Assembly (NCBI GenBank): GCA_012729395.1
Contig: JAAYDF010000161.1
Coordinates: 3,319-67,318, forward strand
From: Phycisphaerae bacterium
GTDB taxonomy: Bacteria > Planctomycetota > Phycisphaerae > UBA1845 > PWPN01
Length of the DNA stretch: 64,000 nt
Direction of reading: 5' to 3'
Part shown: positions 7,514 through 16,181 of the stretch, in pieces
How the letters are laid out: every line of letters starts with the position of its first letter
Numbering within the stretch: the first letter of the stretch is position 1
Made by a program: the position numbers and the translations under genes
The notes under the pieces: model-generated
Databases searched by the model: none
Seen by the model: only the letters and a program-made list of their open reading frames with translations
What the model was told of the DNA's origin: nothing

Positions 7514-9574
7514 GTGAAGAACATGCTGGTTGGCGAGATTGTGGTTCTGTTTGCGTTGCCGTTGGCAGTCTGCGGGGCGGATCTGTATGTCGCCCCGAAC
7601 GGGAACGACGCGTGGAGCGGGCGGTTCGCGGAACCGCAGCCCAATGGCGACGACGGACCGCTGGCGTCGCTTGTCGGGGCCCGTGACCGCCTGCGTGCGA
7701 TCAGGTCGCGTCAGAGCCCCGAGCCCCCCGGCCCGCTCACCGTCCATCTGCGAGGGGGCATGTACACGTTGGCCAAGACGTTTGAACTGGGATCTTCCGA
7801 CAGTGGATCGAAGAGCCATCCCGTGATCTACCGCAACTACGGCGACGAGCAGGTGCGGGTCATCGGCGGCCGGGCCATCGACCGCTTCGCCCCGGTCACC
7901 GACGCGAGCATCCTTGCTCGCCTGGACGAATCGGCCCGCGGCAAGGTGGTGCAGGCGGACCTCAAGGCGCAGGGTATCAGCGACCTCGGCGACCCCGTGG
8001 CCGCCGGCAAGCGGCTGGAGCTGTTCTTCCAGGACCGGCCGATGAGCCTGGCCCGCTGGCCCAACGAGGGCTTCACCCAGATCGCTGCGGTGGTCGGCGG
8101 AGAGCTGTTCACTTCGCACGGTCGTGAGGGCGACAAGATCGGCAAGTTCACCTACGAGGGCGACCGGCCCAGTCGGTGGAAGGATGAGACGGACATTCGG
8201 CTGCTGGGCTACTGGTTCTGGGATTGGGCCGACGCCTACCAGACCGTCGAGTCCATCGACACCGACAGCCGAGTCATTCACCTCAAAGCCCCCTACCACC
8301 ACTATGGTTACCGCAAGGGGCAGCGGTTTTACGCGATCAATCTGCTGGCCGAGCTGGACATGCCCGGCGAGTGGTACCTCGACCGGTCCACAGGCGTCCT
8401 GTATTTCTGGCCACCCGCGGATATCAAGTCCTCGACCGCGTTCGTCTCCATGATCGACACCATCGTGGCCCTCAAGGACGTATCGCACGTCACCCTGCGC
8501 GGCCTGCACCTGGAGTTCAACCGCGGTACCGCGATGGTCATCACGGGCGGGTCCGACAATCTTGTGGGCGGCTGCACGCTGCGCAACATCGGCGGCCGGG
8601 CGGTCACGATCAGCGGTGGGACGGCCCACGGCGTGGTCGGGTGCGACATCCACGACACCGGCGACGGCGGCATCACCCTGTCCGGCGGCGACCGGGCCAC
8701 CCTCACCCCGGCCGGGCACTACGCGGTCAACAACCACATCCATCGCTACAGCCGTACCAGCAAGACCTACCGCACCGGCGTGAGCGCCGACGGCGTGGGC
8801 AACCGCATCGCGCACAACCTCATCCACGACGCCCCGCATATGGCCATCGGTCTGAGCGGCAACGAGCACGTCGTCGAGTTCAACGAGGTCCATACGGTGT
8901 GCATGGACACCGACGACGCGGGGGCCTTCTACATGGGCCGGGATTGGACTTGGCGTGGCAATGTCATCCGGCACAACTACTTCCACCACATCGGGAGCTT
9001 CTCGGGGCACCTCGGCGTGCAGGCCATCTACCTCGACGACTGGGCCAGCGGGGCGACCGTGTACGGGAACATCTGCTACAAAGCGGGGCGAGCGGTGCTC
9101 ATTGGCGGTGGGCGCAATGTGACCGTGGAGAACAATGTCTTTGTCGAGTGCACACCTGCCGTGCACATCGACTCGCGCGGCCTGGGGTGGGCCAAGAACT
9201 ACTTCGACGGCACGACCAACACGCTCACCGAGCGTCTCAACGCCGTACCGTACCGGGAGCCGCCATGGAGCACCCGCTACCCCGAGCTGCTCACTCTCTA
9301 CGATGATGAGCCGGCCGTGGCCAAGTACAACGTGGTCGCCCGCAACATCTGCGTGGGCGGGCGCTGGCTCGACCTGGCGGACGGGCTCAACGATACCATT
9401 GTGAGGGTCAAGGACAACCTCGTGGACACCGATCCGCATTTTGTGGATATGGCCAGCGGCAACTTCGATCTTCGTGACGATTCGCCCGCCTTCGAGCTCG
9501 GCTTCCAGCGGATCCCAGTCGAGCGGATCGGTGTGTACCGCGACGATCTGCGTGCCTCCTGGCCGCCCGGCTGA
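7514..9574 (+). CDS. Secreted right-handed parallel beta-helix repeat protein (pectate-lyase-like fold)
   Basis: 686 aa. GTG start 6 nt after GGAGGA. Signal peptide ..LFALPLAVCGA, followed by DLYVAPNGNDAWSG.., typical of beta-helix proteins. Repeated ..G..I.I.G..N..V..N.I.. turns. Confidence 0.85.
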   Translation: MKNMLVGEIVVLFALPLAVCGADLYVAPNGNDAWSGRFAEPQPNGDDGPLASLVGARDRLRAIRSRQSPEPPGPLTVHLRGGMYTLAKTFELGSSDSGSKSHPVIYRNYGDEQVRVIGGRAIDRFAPVTDASILARLDESARGKVVQADLKAQGISDLGDPVAAGKRLELFFQDRPMSLARWPNEGFTQIAAVVGGELFTSHGREGDKIGKFTYEGDRPSRWKDETDIRLLGYWFWDWADAYQTVESIDTDSRVIHLKAPYHHYGYRKGQRFYAINLLAELDMPGEWYLDRSTGVLYFWPPADIKSSTAFVSMIDTIVALKDVSHVTLRGLHLEFNRGTAMVITGGSDNLVGGCTLRNIGGRAVTISGGTAHGVVGCDIHDTGDGGITLSGGDRATLTPAGHYAVNNHIHRYSRTSKTYRTGVSADGVGNRIAHNLIHDAPHMAIGLSGNEHVVEFNEVHTVCMDTDDAGAFYMGRDWTWRGNVIRHNYFHHIGSFSGHLGVQAIYLDDWASGATVYGNICYKAGRAVLIGGGRNVTVENNVFVECTPAVHIDSRGLGWAKNYFDGTTNTLTERLNAVPYREPPWSTRYPELLTLYDDEPAVAKYNVVARNICVGGRWLDLADGLNDTIVRVKDNLVDTDPHFVDMASGNFDLRDDSPAFELGFQRIPVERIGVYRDDLRASWPPG

Positions 9575-9726
9575 CCATTTCCGCGGCGGCCGAACGAGTT
9601 GCTCACGCTTTGGAGCGAATGCCGGGGAGCCGCACGGGGCGATTCTGGCCGGCCAGTCGCCATAGCGCATCGTGCTCTGCCGCGAACCGGCTTGTCGACA
9701 TCGTACGGCAGCAGTAAACTCGTGCC

Positions 9727-11967
9727 GTGTTGAGCGACGAACGTGACGAGTTTGAGTTTCCCGGCGGACCTCATGATCCCCCGCCCGACCTGATCGGAGC
9801 TGAGCCCGATGCGTCGTCGGAGGCCGTCACTCCGCCGGTGGATCCCCAGACCACGATCCGGCTGCTGCAGAACCGCGTCACGGAGCTCGAGAAGAGCGTC
9901 TGGCAACACCAGGGAGTCATCAACGGCCTTCAGGAGAGCCTGCAGGCCCGGGAACAGCAGGCGGCCCAGCACATGCAGGCATTGCGGGCTCGCGAGGATC
10001 AGCTCCACCAGAGTATCGCCAAGGGCCGAGCCCTGGCGGATCAGCTTCATCAGCTTCGCGAGGAGCGCGACGAGGCCGGCCGGGTGCTGACCCTCGAGCG
10101 ACAGCGGTTGGATCAGCAGCGGCGTGAACTGCGGGCCCTTCGGCGGCAACTGGCAGAGCAAACACCGGCAGAAACATCGGAGCAGGCCTGTGATCCCGAA
10201 GAGCCGGTTGTCGCCATTGACGCACTCGTGACCAACCCGCCGGCTGAGCCCCCGACGACGGGTGCTCGCTCGCTGGCTCCACGAACAGCAGGGTTGATCG
10301 CAATCGGAGTTGCCCTGCTGGCCACCGCGGCCTTGCTCGGCGCGACCTGGCTCACCCATACGCCGCGATACCGTGTGACGGGGATCATTTCGGTCGATCC
10401 GCCCGACGCGGAGGTACTCGCTCGGTGCGAGCAGACAGCGTGGACGCCGGGTATCTCGGCCACAAACAAGACTTGGCAGACTCGGCCACACCGCGAGCAG
10501 GGTATCCTCGCTTTATCCCTGGAGGCTTCCGACCCGAAGACAGGTGCCGCGGAAGTGGACCGGGTTGGCCAGGCGATTCTAGCGGCCGAAGGCGTGCCCA
10601 GCACCGCGCCGGCGACCGCACCGGCCGAGTTGCGTGACCGTCTCTTGGCTCGTATTGAGGACCTCAGCCGGGAACTTGCCACAACGCCTCAGCCATCGAC
10701 AGCACCATCCACCACGACCACCGTTGCGTTGCTGGACAGTCTGGGCAAAATCCAAAAGGAACGTGCCCGCATCGCTGGGGAGGTGCAGGAATTGTCGGCG
10801 AGGATCGCGACCCGCCCCGCGACCGAGACCGGGTTGGTGCTGGATCCAAGCCAGATCCGCCAAGCCGAGGGTGAGGTCAAGAAGCTCCAAGCCGACCTAG
10901 CCGCCCTCCAGCATCGTCAACAGCGTCTGGTCGAGCTACTGGCCGAGTTGCTGGAGCCAGGGCTTCAGCGGCTTGATATCCTGCACAAGGCCCTGGGGCA
11001 GGGCGTCAACCTGGTATCGGAACTCCTGCAGCAACGGCACGATGAGGAGGTCCAGGGTCAACTGGAGAATGTGCGTCAGGCTCTGACCCGCTGGTCGGAT
11101 GCCACTCGGACATTCATGGACACATGGACAAGCCGTCGCATGGAGGTGCGGTCGTCTCTCGCTCAGGCAGACGGGATTGTGGTACAGGCGAGCATCGAGG
11201 AGGCATCTCATCAGTACCTCGATCAGACGGCTGGCATTCAGGCCGACTTCGAGCAGGCTTTGGCGGCGATCCCACAGGGAGGCGAGGAACCCACCAAGCG
11301 GATCGTTCTCCACCGCCAGTTGAGTCAGCGTTTCCAGCCGCTGCTCGATGCCGTCCGTGGCGCCCAAAGCGCCGCCCAATCGGTGATTCTGGGTGAGAAT
11401 TCTCAACTGTCGGCCGTGGTTCAGACGGTGAGCAGCCTGCAGACGCGAATTCAAGAGCAGCGCGCCGACGTAGAGCATGAACTGCGTCAGCAACTCCTGG
11501 CAGACCTGCGCAAGCGACACGAAGAAGAGGTCGCCAGGGCCCTGGCCGAGCGCGACCGCCTGCTCGCGCAAGACCGTGAACTAGAAACCACACTCAGCCG
11601 TGCGTTGGCTGAAGCATTGGCCGCCATGGCGGAATACCAGAAGCACCAAGAGACACTGACCGCGTATGTGGATGTCGTCCAGCGAAGAGCGACCCTGCTT
11701 GATCAACTGCGAGCAGCGACGGAGTCATCGGCCCAGCCGGCCGAGGGTCCCGTCATGCGGTATATTCCGGCCCAGTCGGTCGAGCTCGTGGGCCCGCTGC
11801 GCCCACGGCTGATGCGTACGCTCCTGCTGAGTGCCGGCCCGATCTCGGCCTGCATCCTGGCGGGAGTCATCCTGTGGTTTGTCCTGTCCTGGTATCGGTC
11901 TGGGCAAGTCATGGAAGTCTTCGCCCGCCAACTGGAGGAGGCAGCGAGGGAGAAAGGCCGCGAGTAA
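9727..11967 (+). CDS. Coiled-coil membrane protein with polysaccharide co-polymerase (Wzz/GumC)-like topology
   Basis: 746 aa. Two predicted TM helices (..LIAIGVALLATAALLGATWL.. and C-terminal ..LLLSAGPISACILAGVILWFVLSWY) flank a long Q/E/L/R-rich coiled-coil region. A Pro-rich segment IPAQSVELVGPLRPRL precedes TM2, as in PCP proteins. The start (GTG) is uncertain. Confidence 0.65.
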   Translation: MLSDERDEFEFPGGPHDPPPDLIGAEPDASSEAVTPPVDPQTTIRLLQNRVTELEKSVWQHQGVINGLQESLQAREQQAAQHMQALRAREDQLHQSIAKGRALADQLHQLREERDEAGRVLTLERQRLDQQRRELRALRRQLAEQTPAETSEQACDPEEPVVAIDALVTNPPAEPPTTGARSLAPRTAGLIAIGVALLATAALLGATWLTHTPRYRVTGIISVDPPDAEVLARCEQTAWTPGISATNKTWQTRPHREQGILALSLEASDPKTGAAEVDRVGQAILAAEGVPSTAPATAPAELRDRLLARIEDLSRELATTPQPSTAPSTTTTVALLDSLGKIQKERARIAGEVQELSARIATRPATETGLVLDPSQIRQAEGEVKKLQADLAALQHRQQRLVELLAELLEPGLQRLDILHKALGQGVNLVSELLQQRHDEEVQGQLENVRQALTRWSDATRTFMDTWTSRRMEVRSSLAQADGIVVQASIEEASHQYLDQTAGIQADFEQALAAIPQGGEEPTKRIVLHRQLSQRFQPLLDAVRGAQSAAQSVILGENSQLSAVVQTVSSLQTRIQEQRADVEHELRQQLLADLRKRHEEEVARALAERDRLLAQDRELETTLSRALAEALAAMAEYQKHQETLTAYVDVVQRRATLLDQLRAATESSAQPAEGPVMRYIPAQSVELVGPLRPRLMRTLLLSAGPISACILAGVILWFVLSWYRSGQVMEVFARQLEEAAREKGRE

Positions 11968-12063
11968 GCGATGCCGCAGGGAAGCGAGGTGTCATAGCGG
12001 CCACCCCATGCGGCCGGCGGGGACTTTCCCATCCATCCGACTTGGCCCCGATGCCGGGGTCGC

Positions 12064-13080
12064 TCATCGAGGCAGCAGACACAGAGCCGACCATTCGATC
12101 GACTCAGACTCCATCCAAACTGGGCCCAGGTCATCAAGAACAAACGCCCCTTCGTCGTGCATGTCGGCAAAGACCGACAGAGCGAGCATCGTCGGCACAT
12201 CCACGAACAGCCCGGCGGGCTTTGGGGCTTCGGCTGTGGGTTCGTTGTCGTCGGGCTCATCGGCCGGCTGGGTCGCGGGACGTTCGCCAGGCTCGATGTG
12301 TATGGCCGGAGCGACGTCCTCCGAGACCGGCGAGGCGATCGTCGCCGTGTACCGCTCGGCTTGGCTGACGATATCAGGTGGGAGAAGATCCAGACGCTTG
12401 CGGGCAGCCACCATACGCGGGTTCAGCTCAAGCGCGGTCTTAAACGCCCGGGCAGCCTCGACCAGCCGACGTTTCGACTGGTACATCAATCCGATGTTGT
12501 AGTACGCCGCCTCCGCCTCGAGGGCGGCCTGGAATTGAGCCAGAGCCTCGTCGTACCGCTCCTGCTGAGCCAGGGCCAGTCCCAAGTTCACTCGCCCGCG
12601 GGCGAAATCCGGCTTGATGTCGACGGCTCGGCGCAAAACTGACTCGGCATCCGCCCACCTCAACTGTGACAGGTAGCTGAACCCAAGATTGTTGTACAGA
12701 TACGCGTCTTGCGGAGCGAACTCGATCGCCTTGAGGAACGCCTCGTCGGCCTCCTTGAAACGTCCCATGCCGTCCAACACGATACCTAGACGATTGAGTG
12801 CCTCCACGAAGTCGGGTTTGAGGGCAATGGCCATCCGGTATTGTTCGGCGGCCCGGCCAAGCCGGCTCTGGCTTTCGTGCAGGCGACCGGCAGCCAGATG
12901 CGTGTGGGGCAGGATCTCCATATCTCCGCCGGCGCTGAAGACGTCAGCACCGTCGGCGGGCAGTTGCGAGACGGGATCTCGGCCCGCAATCTGCGCTCCA
13001 TCGGGGCTTCCACAACCCGCCGAGGCTACGCACATCGTCGCCACACCCACAATGAGCCAACGTCGCATCCATACCAACAT
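12064..13080 (-). CDS. TPR-repeat lipoprotein
   Basis: Track ORF 12064..13140. I start at ATG 13080, which has GAAGGAG 8 nt upstream. Lipobox ..CVASAGC. Several TPR units (..AEQYRMAIALKPDFVEALNRLG.., ..AYLYNNLGFSYL.., ..AAYYNIGLMY..). Confidence 0.8.
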   Translation of the reverse strand: MLVWMRRWLIVGVATMCVASAGCGSPDGAQIAGRDPVSQLPADGADVFSAGGDMEILPHTHLAAGRLHESQSRLGRAAEQYRMAIALKPDFVEALNRLGIVLDGMGRFKEADEAFLKAIEFAPQDAYLYNNLGFSYLSQLRWADAESVLRRAVDIKPDFARGRVNLGLALAQQERYDEALAQFQAALEAEAAYYNIGLMYQSKRRLVEAARAFKTALELNPRMVAARKRLDLLPPDIVSQAERYTATIASPVSEDVAPAIHIEPGERPATQPADEPDDNEPTAEAPKPAGLFVDVPTMLALSVFADMHDEGAFVLDDLGPVWMESESIEWSALCLLPR

Positions 13081-13171
13081 GGGCCACGCTCCTTCATGCC
13101 CGTGGGCCGGGTCTGCCCGGCAGTGGGCCATCACGCACACTCGGTCAGCGATATCCAGTTGCCGCGGACGA

Positions 13172-13714
13172 TCAACTCTTACCCCCGCCCAGAATACCTG
13201 AGAGGTCCGGCCCGCTTGACTGGCCTGCCCCTTGCTTGGTTGGGTCGAATTTCGCCGCTTCCCGGATCAAGATCGCCTCGGTGGCGTTCATCCCTTTGCC
13301 GCTGGCCAGATCCTGGACCACTTCGATTCGGTCGGCATCGAGGCCCTCGGCCAGCAGAAAGGTCTTGACCTGCTCGATCCGACCGGCCGCCAGTTCGGGA
13401 GGATCGTCCATGCCGTCGTAGCGCAGCTTGCCGCCGTAGGCCTGTAGAACCGAGGCGTACCTCGCCAGTCGCCTCGCCCCCAGCGCGTTCAGGTCCGGCT
13501 GGTGCGGCACAAAGTGCACCGCCGACATGCTCATGTCTTCCAGCAGGGCATTGTCGACCATATAGGCGAACGTATCCTGCATCGGATGCGGACGCTCGCT
13601 GGAGCCCTGCGGCGGCGCGTTCAGCCGCTCAGGGGGATTCTGGCATGCCAGCCCGCCCCAAAGCACTACCGCCACCATCAACCCCATCATGGTCAGTCGC
13701 ATGATCTGCATCAT
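13172..13714 (-). CDS. Hypothetical lipoprotein (weak OmpA-C/CpaD-like pattern)
   Basis: 180 aa. A ggaagga SD lies upstream. Signal peptide + lipobox ..VVLWGGLAC. The segment ..VHFVPHQPDLNALGARRLARYASVL..RIEQVKTFLLAEGLDADRIEV.. resembles OmpA-C/CpaD-type lipoproteins, but this is a guess. It sits 31 bp upstream of the TPR lipoprotein gene on the same strand. Confidence 0.65.
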   Translation of the reverse strand: MMQIMRLTMMGLMVAVVLWGGLACQNPPERLNAPPQGSSERPHPMQDTFAYMVDNALLEDMSMSAVHFVPHQPDLNALGARRLARYASVLQAYGGKLRYDGMDDPPELAAGRIEQVKTFLLAEGLDADRIEVVQDLASGKGMNATEAILIREAAKFDPTKQGAGQSSGPDLSGILGGGKS

Positions 13715-13890
13715 GGATCGGTTCCTTCCGTCAATTACGGTGTTCCTCGATGTCCCCCCCCGCCAGTGTCGCGCTGAGGGTTATCGGCCAATCGAGGTCC
13801 GCAGTTTTGTATTTACCGGACAGAAGCGGAGATGTGCGGGGAAGGCTTGACCCAGCGGCCACATAACGAGACTGCCGGGGCGTTGATTAT

Positions 13891-13942
13891 CGGTCCAATC
13901 CACGAACAAGTTCGCGCGGTCCAGCCCACGAACAAGTTCGCG
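13891..13942. repeat. Tandem 2 x 26-bp repeat, each unit carrying the palindromic core CGAACaaGTTCG
   Basis: cggtccaatccacgaacaagttcgcg (13891..13916) is followed directly by cggtccagcccacgaacaagttcgcg (13917..13942), with 24/26 identical. Intergenic, about 180-220 bp upstream of the lipoprotein gene start at 13714. Confidence 0.7.
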
Positions 13943-14031
13943 CATTCCTCAGAGCGGACAGACTTCGCTCGCGGCTTGCCGCTCCGCGGGGCAGCGACGC
14001 CGAAAAGCGGATGCGAAGGGTAGCTCAAGCG

Positions 14032-14613
14032 TCACCGCCGATTGCGGTAAAGAGAAGGGTCCACGACAGCCAGCATCGCCTGCGTATCCAGGTCGCCGCC
14101 GAGAAACGCGTTGATCTTCGCAACCTCCGGCCGCGGATCCCTGAGCACGTCGTTGTAGGTCACGTCGAGCATGGCGAAGTTGGGATGCTGACGGACATAG
14201 GCCTCGACCTTGGCGATCTGGGCCTGGAACATGGCGATGAGCTTCTCCTCGCCTAGGTCGCCCGTCGACTTGCCGTGGCGGTCAAGCATGACGTTCTGCG
14301 AGGCGACGACTTCGCGGATATTGCGCCGCATGAAGACCACGCGGTACCGGTGGTCCGCGGGAAGGTCGAGCAGGAGCAGGTGGACCATCTTGACGACCTT
14401 GCCCGAAGCGTCCTTGAGCCAGGACGCGTCCTTCTTGGTCTGCTTGACCGGCTCGAACTCGTAGTAGCCCTTGGGGTTGTCTTCATCCGGCGTCCGGATG
14501 TTGTCGGTCAGCGCGGGGATTCCTCCCTTGTCGAGCATCTGCATCATCATGGACGTGCCAGACCGAGGCAGACCGGAAACAATGGTCAAGTAATCACGCT
14601 GCGTCTGTGCCAT
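14032..14613 (-). CDS. Sulfotransferase family protein
   Basis: 193 aa. N-terminal PAPS-binding P-loop-like GLPRSGTSMM and ..FMRRNIREVVAS... An aggaga SD lies upstream. Confidence 0.8.
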   Translation of the reverse strand: MAQTQRDYLTIVSGLPRSGTSMMMQMLDKGGIPALTDNIRTPDEDNPKGYYEFEPVKQTKKDASWLKDASGKVVKMVHLLLLDLPADHRYRVVFMRRNIREVVASQNVMLDRHGKSTGDLGEEKLIAMFQAQIAKVEAYVRQHPNFAMLDVTYNDVLRDPRPEVAKINAFLGGDLDTQAMLAVVDPSLYRNRR

Positions 14614-14996
14614 ATCGCACCTGTCTCCTGGGGTAACAAATCAACCGCGGTGGTATCATATGGGCGGCGGGCGTTCACTGCAACGCTCGAAGACGCGGGG
14701 CGGATGTTCACATCGCCGACAGTGTATCCGCGCCCATGGGCTCAGGCTGGATATCTATGATACTGCATGGGAGACTACGGAACGGTTATTAGAACTTGCG
14801 TCCCGGGTCGGCCGCCGGCCAAAGCGGCCAGCGCAATCGGCGGCACCCGCGAGTTCGGCCAGCCGGTTCGTTACTTGGCCTTTCTTCGAGACAAGATGAT
14901 ACTGTTCAGGAGGCCGGCTTGACCTGCACGCTATCGCTCCTGAGCGGCGACCTGCAATGCCGCTGAATGCCGCTTGATGCGGTGAGAGGACCGACC

Positions 14997-16037
14997 ATGA
15001 GCTACACCCGCGGCTGGCAGGCGATCCACCTGGAAATGCCCGACCGTATCCCCCACACCGAGTACATCTTCCACCGGCAATTCACCCTCCAGACGACCGG
15101 CCTTGATCCGGAATCCGAGGATCCGCGGGAAAGCGATCAGGCCTTCGCCCGGTTAGCCAGGCTGCTGGACTACGATTTCATGTGGGCGACGTTCCCCTTG
15201 AAGTACGACGGCCCGCGGACCGAAATGGGGCATGGCCAGTACACGGAAACCGGGCGAGACATCGCCCCGGCCACCAAGCCATTCACTACGCCGGAGCAGG
15301 TTCTGGCGTTCGAGCCCGAGCGCGACCTGCACGGACCACCGACCGAGCAACTGGCCGGCATGGTCCGCGACTGGCACACGCGAACGCAGGCCGACTACGA
15401 TCAAGCGGTTGTTCCCGGCGGCTTCTACCACGGCGTCTTCACCTGGCCCATCATCACTTTCGGGTGGGAGCCCTTCCTCCTGGCGGCCGCCATCGACGAG
15501 CAGCGCTTCGACCGCATCCTCGAAGGCTTCACCCGAATCACCGAGCGGGTTGTTGAAGCGCATATCGCGGCCTGCGTCCCGGTCTTCCTCTGGCACGACG
15601 ATATCGCCTGGACCAGCGGGCCGCCCTTCGCCCCTCAGTGGTATCGGCAACACATATTCCCCCGCTACCGGCGGCTATGGGCTCGGCTGCGTGAGGCGGG
15701 CATCAAAGTCCTCTTCTGCAGCGACGGCGACTTCACCGGATTTCTCGCAGACCTCGCTGACGCCGGCGCCGACGGGTTCATCTTCGAGCCTTACACTCGC
15801 CTCGAAGCTGTTGCTGAGCATTTCGGCCGAACGCACGTCATCATCGGCAACATCGACACCCGTATCCTGACCTTCGGCACGTGCGATGCCATTCGAGCCG
15901 AGGTCCGGCGATGCGCCCATCTGGGCCGCGACTGCCCCGGCTACTTCTTCGCGGTCGGCAACCATGTTCCCTACAACGTGCCCATCCCGGCGATCGAGTG
16001 CTATCTGGAGGCCATCCGCGAGATGGGGCGGCGGTGA
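14997..16037 (+). CDS. Uroporphyrinogen decarboxylase (URO-D) family protein
   Basis: Track ORF 14967..16037. ATG 14997 is preceded by gagagga. C-terminal half ..FLWHDDIAW..VLFCSDGDFTGFLADLADAGADGFIFEP..IGNIDTRIL.. is typical of URO-D/MtaA-like TIM barrels. The specific function is unknown. Confidence 0.7.
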   Translation: MSYTRGWQAIHLEMPDRIPHTEYIFHRQFTLQTTGLDPESEDPRESDQAFARLARLLDYDFMWATFPLKYDGPRTEMGHGQYTETGRDIAPATKPFTTPEQVLAFEPERDLHGPPTEQLAGMVRDWHTRTQADYDQAVVPGGFYHGVFTWPIITFGWEPFLLAAAIDEQRFDRILEGFTRITERVVEAHIAACVPVFLWHDDIAWTSGPPFAPQWYRQHIFPRYRRLWARLREAGIKVLFCSDGDFTGFLADLADAGADGFIFEPYTRLEAVAEHFGRTHVIIGNIDTRILTFGTCDAIRAEVRRCAHLGRDCPGYFFAVGNHVPYNVPIPAIECYLEAIREMGRR

Positions 16038-16181
16038 TTGAAGCCCGTTGTCCCGGTGTACAGGCCACACGATATGCGCAGCAGGGCCCGAGCTACTCGA
16101 CCTCAACTCGCGCCACCAGGCTGGAAGCCGCCGTTCAAACCGTTATCAGCGGAGCCGAACCCGCTGAGCCTGCTCCGCTTG

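Noticed and set aside
7445-9670. 741-aa ORF on the minus strand
   Set aside because: It is entirely antisense to the well-supported beta-helix gene (7514..9574). Its composition (R/G/V/H/D/A-rich, with no motifs, signal peptide or SD) is typical of high-GC antisense frames. Its C-terminal end even translates inverted-repeat element B (..SSKNGVRMIFSG..).
12040-12057. Hairpin ggCCCCGatgcCGGGGtc as a bidirectional terminator between convergent genes (also CAGCGG-N8-CCGCTG at 16147..16166)
   Set aside because: The stems are short (5-7 bp) and there is no T/U tract on either strand. In GC-rich DNA such hairpins arise by chance, so they are not reported as features.
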